In this document: positions 18,280 through 27,413 of the stretch, one piece after another
Numbering within the stretch: the stretch's first letter is position 1
Layout of the letters: each line of letters starts with the position of its first letter
NCBI GenBank assembly: GCA_023245355.1
Contig: JAHFKN010000002.1
Coordinates: 136,460-200,459 of the forward strand
DNA length: 64,000 bases
Origin: Candidatus Gottesmanbacteria bacterium
GTDB taxonomy: Bacteria > Patescibacteriota > Microgenomatia > UBA10105 > UBA927
Direction of reading: 5' to 3'
Translations under genes and position numbers: made by a program
Notes under the pieces: model-generated
The model's database searches: none
The model's input: the letters and a program-made list of their open reading frames with translations, nothing else
What the model was told of the DNA's origin: nothing

Positions 18280-20064
18280 ATGTCCGATATCGATGAAATC
18301 AAATCCAGATTAAGTATTGTAGATATAGTCGGAAAGCGCGTGACGCTGAAGAAAGCCGGCCGTAACTTCAAAGGTCTTTGCCCGTTCCACAATGAGAAAA
18401 CCCCGTCGTTTATCGTGAGTCCCGACCGGCAGACGTTTCATTGTTTCGGATGCGGCAAAGGCGGGAGTATTTTTGATTTCGTGATGCTGTCGGACCATAT
18501 AGATTTTTCCGAGGCGCTGGAAACACTTGCGGAACAGGCAGGGGTAAAGCTTGAACGCAGAACCGGAGATACGCCGGAAGCGAAACTGAAACAAAAAATA
18601 CTCGAAGTAAATCACTTAGCAAGCGAGTACTACCAGTATCTCCTCACAAAACATCCGGTGGGAGAAAACGCACGCGCGTATCTGAAACACCGGGGGGTAA
18701 CGGACAAGTCCATCAAGACGTTTTCGTTAGGATACAGCGCAAATGATTGGGACGGATTGCTGATGTTTCTTAGGAAAAAAGGATATGACGATACGGTGTT
18801 GGAAACGGCGGGACTTGTGATTCGCGGCAACCGCGGGTTTTATGACCGGTTCCGCGGCCGCGTCATGTTTACGCTCAAAGATCACCGGGGGAATGTCGTC
18901 GGATTTTCCGGCAGGGTGTTGGATCCGGCAGCAAAAGAAGCCAAATACATCAACACCTCGGAAACACCCGTGTATGTAAAAGGGCGGGTTCTGTATGCGC
19001 TGGATGTGACCAAAGACGCGATACAAAAATCCAACGAAGCGGTGCTTATGGAAGGCGAACTTGACGTCATTTCTTCCTTTCAGGAGGGGATATCCAACGT
19101 GGTTGCTATCAAAGGGTCCGCCGTAACAGAAGATCACGCGCGGTTATTACGCCGGTTTGCAGAGCGGCTCGTGTTTGCCCTCGACAGTGATCTGGCCGGA
19201 GATGCGGCGGCCAGACGGGGTATTGAGATAGCGGAAAAATTAGGGTTTGATATGCGGGTGGCCCGCATGCCGTCAGGCAAAGATCCCGACGAAGCTGCCA
19301 GAGAAAACCCCGCGCTGTTAAAGAAAGCGCTTAAAGATGCGGAGCCGATGTATGATTATTTTTTGTCATCGGCACTCTCCCGCTACGACGTCACCAGTTC
19401 GTACGGAAAGCGGAAAATATCCGATGAGTTTCTCCCCGTGCTTCTTAAGATCGATAATCCGATCGTGCAGGGACATTATATCCGCAAGCTTGCTTCCGGG
19501 CTGGGGCTTTCGGAAGAGATGATACAGGGTGGCCTATCCAAGTACAGAACCTCAGGCGGTACGTCGTTACGGGAAAAAGTTTTGCAGGATGCGGATAAAC
19601 AGCAGACCTTAACGAGGCTAGAGCGGGCAGAAGTGTATTTGGCAGCACTGATGGTACAGGGAAAAACCGCTGAGCTGTTGCAAAAAAGTGCGGCAGTCAT
19701 TCCTGTGGCTGATCTTGGGTATTTGCCGGTGAAGCGAATTATGGAAAAATTGGAGGAGTACCTCCGCACACACGCACAGTTTGTCGCCGGAGATTTTGCC
19801 GCTACGCTGCCGGAGGAGCTTATTCCTGCGTTTGATGAAGCGTTTCTCTGGGATATTTCAGATTTTCTGGACGACGAAGTACGGTTTTTGCGTGAGTGGG
19901 ATAAATCGCTTCGGGAAGTAAAACGGGCGCATATCCGGTATCAGACGGAGGAGATAAGCCGGAGGCTTCGTGACGCAAACGGAGCGACTGACCATCACGA
20001 CGCGCTGCAGCAGAAGCTCAAAGTCCTGACGGATGAATTAGCCGCTCTGGAAAAAAGCGCGTAA
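18280..20064 (+). CDS. dnaG: DNA primase DnaG
   Basis: CHC2 zinc finger CPFHNEKTPSF...HCFGCG and a TOPRIM region EGELDVIS. Confidence 0.9.
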   Translation: MSDIDEIKSRLSIVDIVGKRVTLKKAGRNFKGLCPFHNEKTPSFIVSPDRQTFHCFGCGKGGSIFDFVMLSDHIDFSEALETLAEQAGVKLERRTGDTPEAKLKQKILEVNHLASEYYQYLLTKHPVGENARAYLKHRGVTDKSIKTFSLGYSANDWDGLLMFLRKKGYDDTVLETAGLVIRGNRGFYDRFRGRVMFTLKDHRGNVVGFSGRVLDPAAKEAKYINTSETPVYVKGRVLYALDVTKDAIQKSNEAVLMEGELDVISSFQEGISNVVAIKGSAVTEDHARLLRRFAERLVFALDSDLAGDAAARRGIEIAEKLGFDMRVARMPSGKDPDEAARENPALLKKALKDAEPMYDYFLSSALSRYDVTSSYGKRKISDEFLPVLLKIDNPIVQGHYIRKLASGLGLSEEMIQGGLSKYRTSGGTSLREKVLQDADKQQTLTRLERAEVYLAALMVQGKTAELLQKSAAVIPVADLGYLPVKRIMEKLEEYLRTHAQFVAGDFAATLPEELIPAFDEAFLWDISDFLDDEVRFLREWDKSLREVKRAHIRYQTEEISRRLRDANGATDHHDALQQKLKVLTDELAALEKSA

Positions 20065-20129
20065 CTACGTTATAATACCTGATAAGCGAAGCTAGATGTT
20101 GTAAAACATTTGCTCTCGGAGGCACATCC

Positions 20130-21218
20130 ATGCAAAAACCCAAAGTAGCGGTTTCCAGTCTTAATCTCATCAAACAAGGTAAAGCAAACGGATTTGTAAC
20201 CCAGGATGACATCTTGGGTCTTTTTCCCAAACCTGAAGATAAAATTACCGAGTTGGATCATCTGTATGATCAGCTTATCCGGTCCGGCGTTGACGTGTTT
20301 GAGACAACGTCTCAGGATATTGAGCAGGAAGCACGGAAAAGCATCGCCGATTTGGAAAAAGAAATCGAAGCATTGGTACGCGCCAGTGACGAGGGTATAT
20401 CCGATCCGGTCAGAATGTATCTTAAGGAAATCGGACGTATTCCGCTTCTGACATTTGCCGATGAAATGAGTTTGGCCAAGCGATATGAAAAAGGCGACCG
20501 GAGAGCAAAGAAAAAACTGATTGAAAGTAACCTTCGTTTGGTTGTTTCCATCGCGAAAAAATACATCGGACGCGGCATGAGTTTGCTGGATCTTATACAG
20601 GAAGGCAATCAGGGACTTATCCGGGCGGTCGAAAAATACGACTGGCGTAAAGGATTTAAATTCTCGACATACGCCACCTGGTGGATCCGGCAGGCAATCA
20701 CCCGCGCGATAGCCGATCAGGCCCGCACAATCCGTATTCCGGTGCACATGGTAGAAACGATCAACCGGTTTGCCCGTATCAGCCGCCGGCTTATGCAGGA
20801 TCTCGGCCGTGAACCCACGCCGGAAGAGATTGCGAAAGCGATGGAAGTCGATGTCATAAAAGTCCGGGAAATTATGAAGGTTTCTCAGGAACCCACGAGT
20901 TTGGAAACTCCCGTCGGAGATGAAGAAGATTCGCATCTGGGGGATTTTATTTCCGATCCGGGTCCGACGCCGTATGATCAGACGTCACGCCAGCTTCTTA
21001 AGGAACACATGGAAGAAGTATTGGCAACACTTTCGGACCGCGAGAAAAAAGTGTTGATTCTGCGGTTCGGACTGGAAGACGGCCGGCCACGCACATTGGA
21101 AGAAGTCGGCGCGCAATTCGGGGTTACCCGCGAGCGCATCCGGCAGATAGAGGCCAAAGCGTTACGGAAACTGCGTCATCCGTCACGCAGCAAAAAACTC
21201 AAAGATTACCTCGAATAA
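20130..21218 (+). CDS. rpoD: RNA polymerase sigma-70 factor RpoD
   Basis: Region 2 [18 protein letters not shown]...[28 protein letters not shown] and region 4 [17 protein letters not shown]. Classic dnaG-rpoD order. Confidence 0.9.
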   Translation: MQKPKVAVSSLNLIKQGKANGFVTQDDILGLFPKPEDKITELDHLYDQLIRSGVDVFETTSQDIEQEARKSIADLEKEIEALVRASDEGISDPVRMYLKEIGRIPLLTFADEMSLAKRYEKGDRRAKKKLIESNLRLVVSIAKKYIGRGMSLLDLIQEGNQGLIRAVEKYDWRKGFKFSTYATWWIRQAITRAIADQARTIRIPVHMVETINRFARISRRLMQDLGREPTPEEIAKAMEVDVIKVREIMKVSQEPTSLETPVGDEEDSHLGDFISDPGPTPYDQTSRQLLKEHMEEVLATLSDREKKVLILRFGLEDGRPRTLEEVGAQFGVTRERIRQIEAKALRKLRHPSRSKKLKDYLE

Positions 21219-21270
21219 TTGTTTTCCGCGGAGAGCGTAAAAAGATCCGTATCGTTATTCCCTAGCGCCG

Positions 21271-21405
21271 TTATGGGAGGAAATACTTTATGGAGTACGC
21301 GAGCAATGCAAATCCCGCGACGACGATAAATGCGACTCCGATTTGAATAATGACGCTGTCACTCGGTTTGGTGGTTTTTTTACCACGGGCAGTTTTTGAT
21401 TTCAT
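21271..21405 (-). CDS. small membrane protein (44 aa), not in the ORF track
   Basis: Minus-strand ATG preceded by AAGGAGG. MKSKTARGKKTTKPSDSVIIQIGVAFIVVAGFALLAYSIKYFLP has a basic N-terminus and a single TM helix. Confidence 0.35.
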   Translation of the reverse strand: MKSKTARGKKTTKPSDSVIIQIGVAFIVVAGFALLAYSIKYFLP

Positions 21406-21495
21406 AATTCCTCCTTGATCTAGCATAGATAGAACCGGCAGTTGTGTCAACCGTGTTGTTTCGGAAGGTATATTTCCTTATGATAGATACAGTGC

Positions 21496-23199
21496 ATGCC
21501 CCCTAGGGTGTGCAGCTGCCCTATGAATATATCCGATGAATTGTTGCTTCAGATTATCACACAGGCCCGCATAGCCACAGAAGCAGAGGCAAAAGTGGTC
21601 ATGGATTTTGCGAAAGCCTCCGGAATTTCGCTTGCCGAGGCGCTCATTCAGAAAAATGTCATTACCGACGGCAAGTTGGGAAAACTAGTTGCCGAGCATT
21701 TCGGCGTTCCGTTTGTTAATCTGGCGGAAGTTACGATTCCTGAAGATGTCTACCGGGTGATACCGGATAAGTTTGCCAAAATTCATAAACTGCTGCCGTT
21801 TGCGCGTGATGCAACAGGGCTCAAGGTAGCAACTGCCGACCCCAAAGATGCGCAGGTTATTGCTTCCCTTGAGAAAAAAACGCGTCAGAAAATCATTATT
21901 CATTATGCGACGGAGCGGGATATCCGAAACGCGCTGCAGCTTCATAAGCGCGACCTGCAGACCGTTTTTGCGGACCTTATGAAGCGCTATAAACGCGAAG
22001 ATGAGGCACCGATTTCCGCAATCGTAGATTTGCTGCTCCACAGCGCCGTTGATGAAACGGCTTCCGACATTCACATCGAGCCGGAGGAATCCGATTCGCT
22101 GGTGCGGTACCGGATAGACGGCATTCTCCATGACGTATTACATTTTTCGAAAACCATGCATAGTCAGGTGGTGAGCCGTATCAAAGTGCTGGCGAATCTC
22201 CGTACGGACGAACATTCGGCTCCGCAGGACGGAAAAATCAGGATAAAGCATGATGAGCAGTCCGTAGATATCCGTATTTCCATCATCCCCATGATCGAGG
22301 GTGAAAAAATCGTCATGCGTCTTCTGGTGTCTCACTTCAAATTATTCAACTTCAGTGACCTGGGGATGGAAGAAGCGTCCGTTGCGAAAATTACGGCAGC
22401 GCTTCACAGGTCGTACGGCATGATTTTATCGACCGGGCCGACCGGCAGCGGAAAAACGACATCCATTTATGCGATGCTTAAAACGCTCAATGTCCGGGAG
22501 AAAAATATTACGACGATCGAAGATCCGGTGGAATACCGGATTAAGGGGGTAAACCAGATTCAGGTAAACTCGAAAACAAATCTGACGTTTGCAAACGGAC
22601 TGCGTTCCATTCTCCGGCAGGATCCGAATATTATATTTGTCGGGGAAATCCGCGATGCGGAAACGGCCGGCATTGCTATCAACGCTGCTTTGACAGGTCA
22701 TTTGGTCGTATCGACACTGCATACAAATGATGCTGCGACATCGCTTCCCCGGCTTACCGATATGCACGTTGAGCCGTTTTTGGTAGCTTCCAGTGTCAGC
22801 TTGATCGTCGCGCAGCGGTTGGTACGGAAAATTTGCGAATACTGCCGTATTTCAACAACCATTACCGAGCCGGAGCTGCAGAAAAGCCTGCCGGCGTCAG
22901 TCATCAGCAAACACTATATCCCGACCGGGGAAAACAAGGAAATCCGGGTATACAAAGGTCAGGGATGCAAAAACTGCAGATTTACCGGGTATTCAGGACG
23001 GGTAGGTATATTTGAGGTACTGGAGGTCAGTAAGGAAATACGCAAACTGATAACAGAACGGAAAGACAGTGACATGATCGTTGAACAGGCAATCGCAGAA
23101 GGCATGACAACTATGCTGGACGATGGTCTGATGAAAGTGTCCAAAGGCGTTACCACCATAGAGGAGATTCTCCGTGTGACCAGAGTAGAAACATTATGA
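21496..23199 (+). CDS. pilB: type IV pilus/T2SS assembly ATPase PilB/GspE
   Basis: T2SE N-terminal domain, Walker A GPTGSGKTT, and a C-terminal tetracysteine motif CEYC...CKNC. The start may be the ATG at 21523. Confidence 0.85.
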   Translation: MPPRVCSCPMNISDELLLQIITQARIATEAEAKVVMDFAKASGISLAEALIQKNVITDGKLGKLVAEHFGVPFVNLAEVTIPEDVYRVIPDKFAKIHKLLPFARDATGLKVATADPKDAQVIASLEKKTRQKIIIHYATERDIRNALQLHKRDLQTVFADLMKRYKREDEAPISAIVDLLLHSAVDETASDIHIEPEESDSLVRYRIDGILHDVLHFSKTMHSQVVSRIKVLANLRTDEHSAPQDGKIRIKHDEQSVDIRISIIPMIEGEKIVMRLLVSHFKLFNFSDLGMEEASVAKITAALHRSYGMILSTGPTGSGKTTSIYAMLKTLNVREKNITTIEDPVEYRIKGVNQIQVNSKTNLTFANGLRSILRQDPNIIFVGEIRDAETAGIAINAALTGHLVVSTLHTNDAATSLPRLTDMHVEPFLVASSVSLIVAQRLVRKICEYCRISTTITEPELQKSLPASVISKHYIPTGENKEIRVYKGQGCKNCRFTGYSGRVGIFEVLEVSKEIRKLITERKDSDMIVEQAIAEGMTTMLDDGLMKVSKGVTTIEEILRVTRVETL

Positions 23200-24248
23200 A
23201 ATCAGAAAACCTTACGCTTCCCAATGCGGAGAAATTGGGATTATTAAGTAATTTGTCGACCATGGTCAACGCAGGACTGACGCTTGCGGAAGCCGTCGAG
23301 TCACTGCTTGAAGATTCCGTCGGAAATTTAAAGCAGGTCTTAACGGGTATTCAGGCAGAAATTACGCAGGGTAAACCGCTGCATGCGGCGTTGTCGAAAT
23401 ACCCACGGATATTTGACCCGGTTACGGTTGCAATTATTAAGGCAGCGGAAGAATCCGGAACGATTGATGTCGTGCTTAAGGATGTAAAAAATACCGTAAA
23501 GAAAGATATAGAATTTTCGGATAAGATACGCTCGGCGTTAACGTACCCTGCCGTGATTCTCGTGGTATTTTTCGGCGTGCTGATTCTGTTGCTGACATTT
23601 GTCATTCCGAAAATTTCCGAAGTATTTTTGCGCCTGCGCGTACAGTTGCCGCTTCCGACGCGCATCCTTATGGCGCTATCCGATCTTATTCTTCACTATA
23701 CGGTGCCGACGCTTCTCGTGTTGGTCGGAACCATTGCGCTGCTTATTTTGTTGTATAAAAAACAGCGGAAGCTGTTTACCAATACGTTGTTAAACCTGCC
23801 GTATATTTCATCTATTGCCCGCCAAATCGACCTTACCAGGTTTTCGCGGAGCATGTATTTATTGCTCATTTCTGCAATCCCTCTCTATAGCGCGTTAGAG
23901 TTAACGCAGGCGGTCGCATTTAAGCGGGAAGTGCGGGAGGCAATCGCCCGCGCCCGCGAATATGTCGGGGGAGGCAAACGCCTGGCGGACGGTCTGCGCG
24001 GCCAAAAGACGATTCCCTCGCTTATGGTAAAAATTATAGAAGTCGGGGAGCGGAGCGGAAGTCTGGACAAATCCATGGAAGATTTATCGGAATACTTTGA
24101 TTATCAGGTCACGACGACGCTTCAATATATGATGACGCTTCTGGAACCGATTATTCTGGTGCTTGTCGGTGTCGTCGTGGGGGGAATGATGATGGCGATT
24201 ATCGCGCCTATTTATAATTTAATAGGCCAGGTCGGGGAATTCCATTAA
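23196..24248 (+). CDS. pilC: type IV pilus platform protein PilC/GspF
   Basis: GspF-type domains with three TM segments. Overlaps the pilB stop codon. Confidence 0.8.
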   Translation: MKSENLTLPNAEKLGLLSNLSTMVNAGLTLAEAVESLLEDSVGNLKQVLTGIQAEITQGKPLHAALSKYPRIFDPVTVAIIKAAEESGTIDVVLKDVKNTVKKDIEFSDKIRSALTYPAVILVVFFGVLILLLTFVIPKISEVFLRLRVQLPLPTRILMALSDLILHYTVPTLLVLVGTIALLILLYKKQRKLFTNTLLNLPYISSIARQIDLTRFSRSMYLLLISAIPLYSALELTQAVAFKREVREAIARAREYVGGGKRLADGLRGQKTIPSLMVKIIEVGERSGSLDKSMEDLSEYFDYQVTTTLQYMMTLLEPIILVLVGVVVGGMMMAIIAPIYNLIGQVGEFH

Positions 24249-24625
24249 TTTGCCGCTGTTGCCGCTTCTTTGACCATGCGGACCAAGTCCGGAGGCAGGA
24301 TATCTGCTTTCAGTATGTGGGTACGCGCTCCCAGCTCTTTTGCTTTATCCAATATCGGATCATGATCGAGATTGGTCAGAAGGAGAATCGGGCCGTTGGG
24401 TTGGGCTGGGGTTATTTCCTTGAGTTTGGTGAGCACCCCGAGCCCGTCCAGCTTCGGCATCATCACGTCAAGAAGTACTGCGGCAAATCCGCCCTGCATG
24501 AGTTTTTCGAGGCCTTGCTCTCCGTTTTCCGCAACGGTCACGTCAAAACCCTCGTTTTTCAGTATTTCTTCATAGAGGTCGCGGATAAATGCGTCATCGT
24601 CGACAATAAGAATCCGCTGGGTCAT
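24245..24625 (-). CDS. stand-alone response regulator receiver (CheY-like)
   Basis: ILIVDDD...D at VLLDVMMPKLDG...LLTN..D receiver motifs. Start set at MTQRILIV. Confidence 0.75.
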   Translation of the reverse strand: MTQRILIVDDDAFIRDLYEEILKNEGFDVTVAENGEQGLEKLMQGGFAAVLLDVMMPKLDGLGVLTKLKEITPAQPNGPILLLTNLDHDPILDKAKELGARTHILKADILPPDLVRMVKEAATAAN

Positions 24626-24702
24626 ACTTTGTATCTTACCCCACGTTTGGGATAAACTCAACGATAGCACAGTATTGTGCGTCGTTTATACCGGCTACAT
24701 TT

Positions 24703-26202
24703 ATGAACACATCATTTCTTCTTTTACACCCCGTGATATGGGCGAAATTGCTTCATACGAAACCGGAATCGTACTGGATGACCCGGGGCCGTAAAATGGC
24801 GGTCAAGTTATACACCGCTATGAACGTACGGGTGCCTGCGTACCGGCGCTTTCTTCAAAAAAAGGGCGTGCGCGCGCAGGTTGGGTTTACGTCCCTGCCG
24901 CTGACAGATAAGGACGCATATTTGAGAACATATCCGTTGTCCGATCTGTGCTGGGACGGCGACCTCGCTTCCCAACAGACGATAATTTCCGCGACAAGCG
25001 GGTCGACGGGTGAGCCGTTCTATTTTCCCAGAACCGCGGAGCAGGATTTGCAATACGCAGCAGTAGCAGAAATGTATTTGCGCACAAATTTTTCCGTTCA
25101 TAAAAAAACCACGCTCTATATTGTCGGGTGGGGCATGGGAATATGGATCGGCGGCGTGTTCAGCTATGCCGCTGTCCGTATCGTTGCCGAGCGGGGGAAG
25201 TATCCGATCAGCATCATTACCCCGGGAACGAATCAGGACGAGATTCTCAAGGCAATTGAGGCATTGGGACCGCTGTATGACCAGGTAGTTATCGGCGGGT
25301 ACCCCCCGATGATTAAAGATCTTATCGATGAAGGAAACAACCGCGGCATGGTGTGGAAAAAATATCATGTAAAATTTATTTTTTCCGCGGAAGGATTCAG
25401 CGAAGCATTCAGGAACTACGTGATACAACATGCCGGTTTACCGCACGTGCTCACGGACACGCTGAACCACTACGGCACCGTTGATTTAGGTACGATGGCT
25501 CATGAAACGCCGGTATCCGTACTGATACGCAGAATCGCATCCGATAAACCGGAATTAAATACCGCGCTGTTCGGTGATCCCCGCCGTCAACCGACGCTGG
25601 CTCAATATATACCTGAATTGTTTTATTTTGAGCAACAGGACGGCAGAATTATCTGTTCGGCAAGAGGCGGGTTGCCGCTTGTGCGGTATGATCTCAAGGA
25701 TACGGGAGGAGTGAAGTCGTTTGCACAAATCCGCAGCATTTGTAAGAAACACGGTGTTGATCTGTCGCAGGAAATTACACGCGCTCACATAGAGACAACT
25801 ATCTGGAACCTGCCGTTTGTGTATGTATTTGAGCGGAGTGATTTTACCGTCAAGCTTTCGGGAGCCAATATTTTCCCCGAAGAGGTGCGCCGCGCACTGG
25901 AGCATAAAACCGTCGCCTCTTTTGTAACAGGCAAATGTACGCTTGAAATCAATGTCGATACGCATATGGATCAGTATCTTAGTGTACATGTGGAACTTAA
26001 AAAATCCGTGCGTGCCCGAAGCACACTCACGCGTCTGGTGCGGGACAGGATTATTTCTGAACTGCTTCTTTCCAATTCGGAGTATGCGTACTTATATAAA
26101 AATCTTCCGGCAGAGCGCACGCGTCCGCACGTGACGTTATGGCCGTTTGCCGATACGCGGTTTTTCGGGGCACCGGGAAAACACCGCTGGGTAAGAAAAT
26201 AG
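24703..26202 (+). CDS. phenylacetate-CoA ligase-like adenylate-forming enzyme (PaaK/CapK/F390-synthetase family)
   Basis: ATSGSTGEPFYFP AMP-binding P-loop and overall PaaK-like length and architecture. Confidence 0.6.
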   Translation: MNTSFLLLHPVIWAKLLHTKPESYWMTRGRKMAVKLYTAMNVRVPAYRRFLQKKGVRAQVGFTSLPLTDKDAYLRTYPLSDLCWDGDLASQQTIISATSGSTGEPFYFPRTAEQDLQYAAVAEMYLRTNFSVHKKTTLYIVGWGMGIWIGGVFSYAAVRIVAERGKYPISIITPGTNQDEILKAIEALGPLYDQVVIGGYPPMIKDLIDEGNNRGMVWKKYHVKFIFSAEGFSEAFRNYVIQHAGLPHVLTDTLNHYGTVDLGTMAHETPVSVLIRRIASDKPELNTALFGDPRRQPTLAQYIPELFYFEQQDGRIICSARGGLPLVRYDLKDTGGVKSFAQIRSICKKHGVDLSQEITRAHIETTIWNLPFVYVFERSDFTVKLSGANIFPEEVRRALEHKTVASFVTGKCTLEINVDTHMDQYLSVHVELKKSVRARSTLTRLVRDRIISELLLSNSEYAYLYKNLPAERTRPHVTLWPFADTRFFGAPGKHRWVRK

Positions 26203-26242
26203 CTAACAGAGTTGATACAATAAATACAGGTCATTTCCTGCT

Positions 26243-27403
26243 ATGCCGGCACCAGTACCGTACGCTCCAGTTATCCTCATTTCTGATCGCAAAAAAGATC
26301 GGGAGATGCTGGCATCGTTAAAGAAAAATCCGCGTGTTACGGTTGTCGATGCGATAGAAGATCATCTGACGGAGCTATATGCCGTGCGGCACCCGGCATC
26401 TGTTATGACGGGGTTTAGGAAGCGTGATGTGGCCGCATTTATCGCGGCGTGTACAAAGTCTGAAGACATACATACATACGGGTCGTGGGCGTGGTACCCC
26501 TGGATATTTACGCTTATTCATTTTTTGCCGGAAGCCCTGCATACGGAGTTGCGCACGAGCAGAAACAGAAATCTTATTACCAAAGCGGAGCAGGATAGAT
26601 TTTACGCTTCCCATATCGGGGTGGCAGGATTGAGTGTCGGAAATTCCGTGGTCGCATCTCTTGTCCATACCGGAGGAGGTAAGTTTTTGCGGATTGCGGA
26701 CACGGACACGGTATCCGGATCAAATATCAACCGCGTGCGGGTGGGATTTGATATGGTCGGGGTCAGTAAATATGCACTTGTCGCCCGTGAAGCGTATCTT
26801 GTGAATCCGTACAGCGATATTTCGGTATACAAAGAAGGGATAACACCGGGCAATATTGAGCGTTTTCTCATGCATCCCAAGCCGCTTGATATTGTAATCG
26901 ATGAAATGGATACGCTCTATCTTAAGATACAGCTTCGGGTGCATGCGAGAAAACACAGGATCCCCGTCATCATGGCAGCAGATAACGGCGACGGAGTCGT
27001 CATTGATATTGAACGCTATGATCTTCATCCGGCGCTGCCGCTCATGCACGGGCAGGTACCCGAAAGGGAGCTTATGGATATAACGCCGAAGACGGACCGT
27101 GTGACGGCAGCCAGAATTATCAGCAGATGGGTGAAGCCCGATAATATTTCCGGCAGAATGAAGGATTCGCTTCTGGAGTTGGGGAAAACGCTCTATACAT
27201 GGCCGCAACTGGGTAACGCGGCTTTTATGGCGGGAGCAGTTCTTTCCTTTGTTGCCCGGAAAATTATTGTCGGAGATCCGGTTGTCGAGGGAAAGGTAGT
27301 TATTACGCCGGACGCATTTTTTGTACCGGGTTATACAGCGCGGTCCGCGATGAATGCGCGGAAACGCCATACTGCAGCATTTGTGAAAGCGATAGGATTA
27401 TAA
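26243..27403 (+). CDS. ThiF/MoeB/E1-like adenylyltransferase with an N-terminal extension
   Basis: IGVAGLSVGNSVVASLVHTGGGKFLRIADTDTVSGSNINR is the E1 Rossmann/nucleotide-binding motif. About 110 aa of unknown sequence precede it. Confidence 0.65.
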   Translation: MPAPVPYAPVILISDRKKDREMLASLKKNPRVTVVDAIEDHLTELYAVRHPASVMTGFRKRDVAAFIAACTKSEDIHTYGSWAWYPWIFTLIHFLPEALHTELRTSRNRNLITKAEQDRFYASHIGVAGLSVGNSVVASLVHTGGGKFLRIADTDTVSGSNINRVRVGFDMVGVSKYALVAREAYLVNPYSDISVYKEGITPGNIERFLMHPKPLDIVIDEMDTLYLKIQLRVHARKHRIPVIMAADNGDGVVIDIERYDLHPALPLMHGQVPERELMDITPKTDRVTAARIISRWVKPDNISGRMKDSLLELGKTLYTWPQLGNAAFMAGAVLSFVARKIIVGDPVVEGKVVITPDAFFVPGYTARSAMNARKRHTAAFVKAIGL

Positions 27404-27413
27404 GGAAACGGCT

